Shown: positions 58,077 to 64,000 of the stretch, in pieces
Position numbering within the stretch: the stretch's first letter is position 1
Layout: every line of letters begins with the position of its first letter
Source of the DNA: Sulfurovum sp.
GTDB lineage: Bacteria > Campylobacterota > Campylobacteria > Campylobacterales > Sulfurovaceae
Direction of reading: 5' to 3'
Assembly (NCBI GenBank): GCA_021166685.1
Contig: JAJPEU010000007.1
Coordinates: forward strand, 120,212 to 184,211
DNA length: 64,000 nucleotides
Position numbers and translations under genes: made by a program
The notes under the pieces: generated by a model
Seen by the model: the letters and a program-made list of their open reading frames with translations, nothing else
Database searches by the model: none
Told to the model about the DNA's origin: nothing

Positions 58077-59912
58077 TTAATCTAAAGTGATAATCTGCTG
58101 GCCGATCTCCTGATATCTTTTATAATAATATTCCACAAAATTGCGAACATTCTCTTTTGAAGGGAGATATATACTGCCATACTTAATTGCATATTCGCTT
58201 AGATAGATGTTGGCATCTTTTTTATCCAAATAATGCTTTGCAAGTTTTTGATATGCCAGGATATAGGCTTCCTTCATGGTCTCATAATACTCATAGCGGA
58301 TCTGTATCGTTTTATCAAAGGTCACTACCCCTGACTCAAAAAGAATGGCCAAGTGAATCAAACCCTCACAATAGTAAGGCAGTGCTTCTCCTACTTCACG
58401 CCACGCCATAAGACCCACTGCACGCGAAACCAAATCATCAATAATGTGCGTTTTAAGAGATTCTTTTTCGTGATAAAAAAATGCCATCAGACCGCCTGTT
58501 GTTGCCTTAAACTCTTCTATATTTTTAAATTGGCCCGTACCGTTCATTTTTGCTTCTGTGTCTGAATCTATCCATAAAATATGTCCAAACTCATGTCCTA
58601 TGGTAGAGATATCATATAGCTCATGCCACAATTTTGGTTCATTTTCAATCAATGCTCTTTGTTTTTTCACAAAGGATTCTGTCATTATCTCTACATTTAA
58701 TTTCATAATCGGTTTAGATCTTTTGCTTTCCATAACAAAATCCGCATAGGCAAATATTTTTTTGCCCAATTCGCTAGATACCTCTTCATCGTTAGGAACA
58801 ACCTGCGCTGAAAAAAGTCCGTTAAATTCCGCGCCGTAGTAAAACATCGGCTGCCCTATGTAAAGCTGTGTTTCTCTGACCTGCATAAGATTTTTTGAGA
58901 TAGTGCGTTGCGCTGTCTCTCCAAATTCCTGAGCCATCTTTGAAGCAAAATCTTGAATATTCTCTCTGGTGCGGGAATTTTCCTGAAGTCCTGGATTAAC
59001 AATGCGCAAATCCCATTCCAGCGCAACAGCTTTTCTGTAATGGTCTTCATAATATTCCAAAGGATGTCCTATTTGCAAGGGGGTTGTTACTTTCATCCAT
59101 GCCCTGTCCACATTGGCCCAATATTCGATAAGTTCATCAGGATTGGTATGAGAAAAAGCATTATTAATGGCCATCAAATAATTCAGCCATGCCTCTTTTT
59201 GCCCAAATACCTCATCTTCAAGCGTTGCCAGGACTTCTATAAAAATTTCTAACGCCTCTTTCACGTGCGCCACTTCATCTTTAAAAGCCTCGGCATACGA
59301 AACTCTTTTAAACTGCCCGTTTTTATCTTGATGCAGCACAGAATAACAACGGTCTCCTATTTCGCCGCGGCTGTTTACATCAAGCAGAGATTCATTTTGA
59401 AGTTTTTCAAAAATCTTCTCCTCGTCTCCGTTAAAAAGGGTAAGAAGTTCGCGGTTTACTCCATGAATGATGTGCGAAGTCCACGCACTTTGCCACCCGC
59501 TCATCGCAATACCGACCGTATGTACGCCTGAAATAATTGCGCGGTAAAACGGTGTAAGAAGTTGCGCCTCCTCCACCCAAGAGATAAACGTCTCATGCCG
59601 CTTAAGATGCATATTGCTCACAAAGCGATACGCCTGTTCTTTTTTGTCTATCCTCTCTTCTTCGCTTAACTTTTCTCTTTGCAGTACTTGTTCAAGTGCA
59701 TCTTCACGAAGATTAATGATGCGTGTCAATGCAGCCATAACCGTTTCATCATCTTTTTTTAGATCCAGATAAACCAAAAAATCATCTACAAGTTTTGATG
59801 CCTCATCATGTCCTCCATCAAGCAGTTTGTAAAATCCGTTAAGCGCGTTTTGTCTTTTTTGCAATTCATCGTATATCCGCTGTAAATCTTCCGTAAATTG
59901 TTGTTTTGTCAT
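58077..59912 (-). CDS. putative gluzincin-type zinc metallopeptidase of unknown family (611 aa)
   Basis: A single HEFGH motif followed 22 residues later by EEFKAT (candidate third zinc ligand). No signal peptide. ATGA overlap with the rdgB stop. Confidence 0.45.
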   Translation of the reverse strand: MTKQQFTEDLQRIYDELQKRQNALNGFYKLLDGGHDEASKLVDDFLVYLDLKKDDETVMAALTRIINLREDALEQVLQREKLSEEERIDKKEQAYRFVSNMHLKRHETFISWVEEAQLLTPFYRAIISGVHTVGIAMSGWQSAWTSHIIHGVNRELLTLFNGDEEKIFEKLQNESLLDVNSRGEIGDRCYSVLHQDKNGQFKRVSYAEAFKDEVAHVKEALEIFIEVLATLEDEVFGQKEAWLNYLMAINNAFSHTNPDELIEYWANVDRAWMKVTTPLQIGHPLEYYEDHYRKAVALEWDLRIVNPGLQENSRTRENIQDFASKMAQEFGETAQRTISKNLMQVRETQLYIGQPMFYYGAEFNGLFSAQVVPNDEEVSSELGKKIFAYADFVMESKRSKPIMKLNVEIMTESFVKKQRALIENEPKLWHELYDISTIGHEFGHILWIDSDTEAKMNGTGQFKNIEEFKATTGGLMAFFYHEKESLKTHIIDDLVSRAVGLMAWREVGEALPYYCEGLIHLAILFESGVVTFDKTIQIRYEYYETMKEAYILAYQKLAKHYLDKKDANIYLSEYAIKYGSIYLPSKENVRNFVEYYYKRYQEIGQQIITLD

Positions 59913-60529
59913 TTCTGATTACCTTGTTTTTGCTTTAACATTTTAATGATGGGCCGTGCCAGTTCCAACGCTTTTGCTCTATGCGAAATCTTTTTTTTGA
60001 TCTCTTCGTCAAGCTCACCCAATGTCAAATGATATCCAATCGGAATAAACATCGGATCATACCCAAAACCTTTTTCTCCGCGTGCTTCATCTATGGCTTC
60101 CCCATGCATCCAGCCATGCACCACATAATCGCCATAGTTTGAAACAATCGCGATTGCAGCCGTATAATAAGCGGAAGTGCGTTTTAAACTTTTTTCTTTG
60201 AGTGCTGCAATGAGCTTATAAAGATTGTCTTTATCCGTTGCTTTGCCGCCTGCATACCTTGCAGAATAAATACCCGGAGCTCCGCCCAGTGCAGGTAAAG
60301 AAATACCGCTGTCGTCGGCTATTACTATATAGGATTCTGACGGCTTTTCCTTGACTAATTTTTCATAGATCGTTCGTGCTTTAATAAGCGCATTTGCGCT
60401 AAAAGTATCTCCGTCTTCCACTATCTCCATCTCGCCTAGCAGTACAGAAAAAGCTACCACTTCATCCTGGCACATCTCTTTAAACTCTCGCAATTTGCCT
60501 TTATTCCCTGTTGCCAACACCAATTTCAT
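59909..60529 (-). CDS. rdgB: non-canonical purine NTP pyrophosphatase (RdgB/HAM1 family)
   Basis: [33 protein letters not shown] and FGYDPMF motifs. Confidence 0.9.
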   Translation of the reverse strand: MKLVLATGNKGKLREFKEMCQDEVVAFSVLLGEMEIVEDGDTFSANALIKARTIYEKLVKEKPSESYIVIADDSGISLPALGGAPGIYSARYAGGKATDKDNLYKLIAALKEKSLKRTSAYYTAAIAIVSNYGDYVVHGWMHGEAIDEARGEKGFGYDPMFIPIGYHLTLGELDEEIKKKISHRAKALELARPIIKMLKQKQGNQK

Positions 60530-60655
60530 CCCGCTCTCTCCTTTTTAAAAACAAAAATGCCTACTTAATAAAAAACGATATCCTTGCTTTTATCATCTAC
60601 TCTTAACTTTTTTGGAATATAATAGGACAAATTTTATCTAAATAGAGGTATCACT

Positions 60656-61987
60656 ATGTTTAAACAAATACTGCCGCTAAGTTTGATTGTGGGACTTAGA
60701 TTTTTTGGACTTTTCGTTGTTCTTCCTGTACTCTCTGTGTATGCCTTGGAAATGGAAGGGGCTACTTCATTCCTGGCAGGGCTTGTGGTGGGCGGCTATG
60801 CGCTCGCCCAGGTGCTTCTTCAGGTCCCTTTTGGTCTGATGAGCGACAAAATAGGACGTAAAAAAACATTGCTTTTTGGCCTTTTGATTTTTATTGCAGG
60901 CTCTATCCTCTGTGCGCTCAGTGACAATATCTATATGCTTCTTATAGGACGTTTCCTGCAAGGTGCGGGAGCTATCGGTGCAGTAGTTACTGCAATGATA
61001 GCCGATCTTGTAAAGGAAGAGCAAAGGGCGCATGCCATGGCGATCATGGGCGGAACAATTGCGCTTAGTTTTGCTGCTGCGATGATTATCGCACCTCTTG
61101 TCGGTGGACATTGGGGGATAGACAAGCTTTTCTGGCTCACTGCGATCCTGTCTGTAATGGCTATAGGTATCCTTTTTACCGCCGTACCGCAGCCTCCAAA
61201 GATTATACACAGTTATGAGGAAGAGGAATCCAAAATGATTGAAGTCTTTAAAGACAAATCTTTAACAAGAATGTATATTACCTTTTTATTTCACTCCTCG
61301 ATTATGACTATGGCATTTTTTATCATCCCTCTAGTTATGACACAAAATCTTACAGAAGGCGGATTTGGCTGGGAAAAAGCGGAACTTTGGAAAGTGTATC
61401 TGCCTGCAATGTTTTTTGGCCTCTTATCCATGGGGCCTGCAGCTGTATTTGGAGAGAAGTATGGTAAGGGCAGGCAGGTTTTTATGGTCTCTGTTGCGGT
61501 GATATTTTTTGGTTTCTTGGCAATGGGATTTGCTTCTGCCCCTTGGGTATTTATCTTGGGTGTCGTACTCTTTTTTATCGGGTTTAATATGTTTGAGCCT
61601 CTTCTGCAAAGCTTTGTAAGCAAATTTGCCAAAGTACATCAAAAAGGCGCTGCTTTGGGTGTGGCAAATACGTTTGCTTACATTGGCATCTTCTTGGGCG
61701 GTCTTTTTGCCGGCTATATGATGCAGCATTATGACAGAGATACGCTTGCTGTGAGTGTTGCGATACTCTCCGTATTTTGGTTTATTTGGGTTGCGACTAT
61801 GCCAAATCCCAACAATAGAGGCAACATCTATGTATCGCTTGATCTTTGCGACAGGGAAAAAATAACCATTCTCAAAAACCATAAAGCTATCGTAGAAAGC
61901 TATATCAACGAAACAGAAAATATTGCGATTATCAAGTATGAAAAAGAGTTGATTGACGAGGATGAAATCAGAGGGATGCTGAGTTAG
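60656..61987 (+). CDS. MFS transporter with a ~55-aa soluble C-terminal extension
   Basis: About 12 TM helices and the MFS loop motif GLMSDKIGRKKT. Confidence 0.8.
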   Translation: MFKQILPLSLIVGLRFFGLFVVLPVLSVYALEMEGATSFLAGLVVGGYALAQVLLQVPFGLMSDKIGRKKTLLFGLLIFIAGSILCALSDNIYMLLIGRFLQGAGAIGAVVTAMIADLVKEEQRAHAMAIMGGTIALSFAAAMIIAPLVGGHWGIDKLFWLTAILSVMAIGILFTAVPQPPKIIHSYEEEESKMIEVFKDKSLTRMYITFLFHSSIMTMAFFIIPLVMTQNLTEGGFGWEKAELWKVYLPAMFFGLLSMGPAAVFGEKYGKGRQVFMVSVAVIFFGFLAMGFASAPWVFILGVVLFFIGFNMFEPLLQSFVSKFAKVHQKGAALGVANTFAYIGIFLGGLFAGYMMQHYDRDTLAVSVAILSVFWFIWVATMPNPNNRGNIYVSLDLCDREKITILKNHKAIVESYINETENIAIIKYEKELIDEDEIRGMLS

Positions 61988-62029
61988 GCTTAAGGTCTAA
62001 CGATACGCTGTTTGCTTCGAAGGACATCG

Positions 62030-62052
62030 CATTGATAAGCACGCCGAAATTT
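62030..62052 (-). pseudogene. possible remnant of a hipA catalytic-loop segment
   Basis: AAGCACGCCGAAATTT (62037-62052) is identical to 62663-62678 inside hipA, the codons for NFGVL. Similarity extends to CATT(AT)GATA(A)AGC with two small gaps. Confidence 0.25.
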
Positions 62053-62082
62053 GTGAAACGATATCTTTGAGACGCGATGCAT

Positions 62083-62328
62083 TCATTCTTGCCCCAATTC
62101 ATCCAAAGCAGGCAGCCCAAAACCGACATTTTGCTTAAGCGCTATCTCAAAGCCCAAAGTAAACAAGATAAGATCCAAAGTTTTGACAGTCGTATTTCCC
62201 ATCTCTCCCCGCTCAATCTTACCAAGCGTTACTCTGCTTATACCGCATTTTTGGGCTAATGCTTCCTGTGTGAGATTTTTATCTTCTCGTAAAGCTTTAA
62301 TCCTTTGTCCAATTTCGTACAATTTCAT
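62083..62328 (-). CDS. XRE-family helix-turn-helix protein (HipB-like candidate antitoxin/regulator)
   Basis: IGQRIKALREDKNLTQEALAQKCGISRVTLGKIERG is a classic HTH_3 pattern. The ATG at 62328 has AAGGAG 7 nt upstream and lies 32 nt inside the 3' end of hipA. Confidence 0.8.
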   Translation of the reverse strand: MKLYEIGQRIKALREDKNLTQEALAQKCGISRVTLGKIERGEMGNTTVKTLDLILFTLGFEIALKQNVGFGLPALDELGQE

Positions 62329-63511
62329 CCGGTATCTCCTTGTAGGATTTTTCATCTAATGACAATTTCCAAATATCGAGTATTCTTTTGCCTGTCATTT
62401 TAAAATTTGGATTTGTTGGGATATATCTTTCCAATTCTTCGATACTGTTTTTTAAAGCCTCTATACAACTACCATAGGCACTAGAAGCTTCAGTTTCACT
62501 CAAATAGCATGCTCTAACCCCAAACTTCACTAGCTCTTTTTTACCAAACCATATTTTTTTGCCAAACATGCTCAGCGCCGGTTTGTCTTTATAAAAATAA
62601 GGTACCGTACACACCACATCATAAGCAGGCGCAAACCAAATCCTTGAAAAATCATTATGATAAAGCACGCCGAAATTTTTCAAATGCGCATCGCCATTTT
62701 TGAGTAGATAATTCATCACAATGACTTTATAAAGATGTCGCATTGAGGTTAGCTTATCGGTAGTCACACTATACACTACTTTTGCTACCTGTTCGTAGCT
62801 GCCGCTGTATTTTTCCTCTTTGTTTTTCCCCGCAAGGCTTAAAATCTCTTCAAAACCCAAAAAATTATCGTTTTGTTTATCATAGTTAAAGCGCTCTACT
62901 AACAAAAATTTATTGTTTTTCGAGAGCTTGAGCGTTGGAATATTTACACCCGTTTTTTGTATCGCTTTGAGACAAAAATACTCATTTAAAGCAAGCTGGG
63001 GGTACTCCTCTCCCCAGGCCTTGACGATATACTCTTTTGCAGTCAGGCTCCCTTTATCTTTTAAAAGAGCTAAAGATTTTGGCTGGACTCCGCCAATCGC
63101 ATTTTTATCCAAAAAAGTCGCAACGATCTTTGAAAAAGTATCACCCGAATCATTTTGCAAAACTTCATCGATATCAAGCGCAAAAAACGCTTTTTGATTG
63201 ACTGAACTTTTATAAGTAATTCGGCTTTGGATGTTGGAGCAAATATGAGAAAATATCAAAAAATCATCGATATAGCCGTACTCTTTTGTGAGATACTTTT
63301 TAAATATCTCAAAGAGGTATCCCTCAGGCATATTCATATCAAAAATGGGATGAAGTTTATATTTCCAGATATATGAAGCATTTTTATAGGGCATGATCAA
63401 TGAGATGGGTTTATCGTTCTTTGTGTAATTAAACCCATACTGGTTTTTCTCTTTTTCAAAATAAAGAATACCGACTTTTTGATTGTTTATTTCTACATCA
63501 ATCGCTTCCAT
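62297..63511 (-). CDS. hipA: HipA-family serine/threonine kinase (type II toxin-like), full length
   Basis: N-terminal coupling domain (VGILYF..., HPIFDMNMPEGYL), GGVQPK loop, catalytic loop NGDAHLKNFGVL, and APAYDVV. Confidence 0.85.
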   Translation of the reverse strand: MEAIDVEINNQKVGILYFEKEKNQYGFNYTKNDKPISLIMPYKNASYIWKYKLHPIFDMNMPEGYLFEIFKKYLTKEYGYIDDFLIFSHICSNIQSRITYKSSVNQKAFFALDIDEVLQNDSGDTFSKIVATFLDKNAIGGVQPKSLALLKDKGSLTAKEYIVKAWGEEYPQLALNEYFCLKAIQKTGVNIPTLKLSKNNKFLLVERFNYDKQNDNFLGFEEILSLAGKNKEEKYSGSYEQVAKVVYSVTTDKLTSMRHLYKVIVMNYLLKNGDAHLKNFGVLYHNDFSRIWFAPAYDVVCTVPYFYKDKPALSMFGKKIWFGKKELVKFGVRACYLSETEASSAYGSCIEALKNSIEELERYIPTNPNFKMTGKRILDIWKLSLDEKSYKEIPDEIVRNWTKD

Positions 63512-63522
63512 GAATCACCATT

Positions 63523-63542
63523 ATGATAAATTTACTTATCAT
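63523..63542 (-). promoter_or_regulatory. 7+7 palindrome immediately upstream of hipA (candidate operator)
   Basis: ATGATAA-N6-TTATCAT lies 12-31 nt upstream of the hipA ATG. An extra TTATCAT half-site is at 63576-63582, and a TAAAAT-like -10 sits just upstream on the minus strand. Confidence 0.35.
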
Positions 63543-63592
63543 TTTATCTAAAAATAATACGAATGTAAAGTATTTTTATCATTAGAACAGCT

Positions 63593-63751
63593 TTACAACA
63601 CTATGGGCGTTGAATTTCCACTTTTTACTACTTTTGAGATAAGCGATTTGGATAATCTCAAATAATTACTTATCTGAGATTGGGTATATCCGTCATCTAA
63701 TGCATTTATTATAGCAAGGTTTCTTACTTTGTTACTTGGTCTTCTTGACAT
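63593..63751 (-). pseudogene. orphan 52-codon ORF resembling only the C-terminal HTH tail of a transposase/recombinase-type protein
   Basis: Translation: MSRRPSNKVRNLAIINALDDGYTQSQISNYLRLSKSLISKVVKSGNSTPIVL. No SD upstream. The pattern RPS..RN.AI...GY.Q.QI..YL.LS.S.ISK recalls the HTH tails of IS200-like (COG1943) proteins, from recollection only. Confidence 0.3.
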
Positions 63752-63829
63752 GGCTACTATTCTTTAGACAAGGTAAATCTGTATAAAATTTTATATCATA
63801 AAGGTGGAAATTCAATGCCCGCAGTGTGC
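63596..63829. repeat. imperfect 26-nt inverted repeats bracketing the HTH gene fragment
   Basis: 63596-63621 (CAACACTATGGGCGTTGAATTTCCAC) against 63804-63829 (GTGGAAATTCAATGCCCGCAGTGTGC). 21/26 positions are complementary, including a perfect 12-nt core. Confidence 0.5.
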
Positions 63830-63851
63830 TATTATTTGTAATATAGTCACC

Positions 63852-63878
63852 GCATTACACCTTTCTAAGGTGTAATGC
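63852..63878. other. perfect 10-bp stem / 7-nt loop hairpin
   Basis: GCATTACACC-TTTCTAA-GGTGTAATGC, 28 nt downstream of the stop of the partial minus-strand ORF. No U-tract on either strand. Confidence 0.4.
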
Positions 63879-63906
63879 TATAAGATAATTAGCTTATTTT
63901 ATAGAA

Positions 63907-63999
63907 TTATTGAATTTTTCTATATGCAGCTTCAATTTGAACCGTAACAGTATTACCTCCACCTGTATCAACAATAGCATTCATGCCATCATTTATAAT
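63907..63999 (-). CDS. 3' end of an unidentified ORF that continues beyond the window
   Basis: Open frame to the window edge: ...IINDGMNAIVDTGGGNTVTVQIEAAYRKIQ*. Too short to identify. Confidence 0.3.
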   Translation of the reverse strand: MINDGMNAIVDTGGGNTVTVQIEAAYRKIQ

Positions 64000-64000
64000 T

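Noticed and set aside
61990-62082. 30-codon ORF (MHRVSKISFHKFRRAYQCDVLRSKQRIVRP) starting right after the HTH stop
   Set aside because: It has no independent SD. It overlaps the putative hipA remnant in a different frame, so it is more likely decayed sequence than a gene.

Overview
Gene-dense chromosomal window of about 70 protein-coding genes, roughly 40% G+C by eye. About 60 of the ~70 CDS are on the minus strand. Gene content and order look like Campylobacterota (Epsilonproteobacteria); a Sulfurospirillum/Campylobacter-like organism is only a low-confidence guess. Recognisable blocks: ccoNOQP (cbb3 oxidase) followed by four small membrane or periplasmic proteins, then addB-addA and rplM-rpsI. 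As far as I recall this is the same order as Campylobacter jejuni Cj1490c-Cj1479c. Also present: petABC with a dihaem cytochrome c, four-subunit pyruvate:ferredoxin oxidoreductase (porGDAB), an SQR-type and a Tat-exported FccB-type sulfide flavoprotein, a Cys-type FdhF-like molybdoenzyme, Moco genes (moeA, moaA), queDE, luxS, trxAB, and many housekeeping genes (purF, dapB, hom, mnmG, ribE, ddl, carA, purA, hisIE, hisZ, rsmI, rsmE, rpmE). I saw no rRNA, tRNA or CRISPR array. Only the last ~2 kb (62.0-64.0 kb) looks accessory. It holds a full-length HipA-type kinase whose XRE-HTH partner lies downstream and overlaps it, a possible hipA remnant, an HTH gene fragment bracketed by imperfect inverted repeats, a strong hairpin, and a partial ORF at the window edge. 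I do not see a convincing multi-gene novel system inside the window. The best leads are: the reverse-order hipA/HTH module and the island boundary next to it; a 55-codon ORF with a strong SD and a hairpin after sqr; a GC-rich structured leader in front of rpmE; palindromes at the ccoN promoter and 5' UTR; and several conserved-looking genes of unknown function that are translationally coupled to housekeeping genes. All calls come from reading translated ORFs and motifs by eye. No database search was run.
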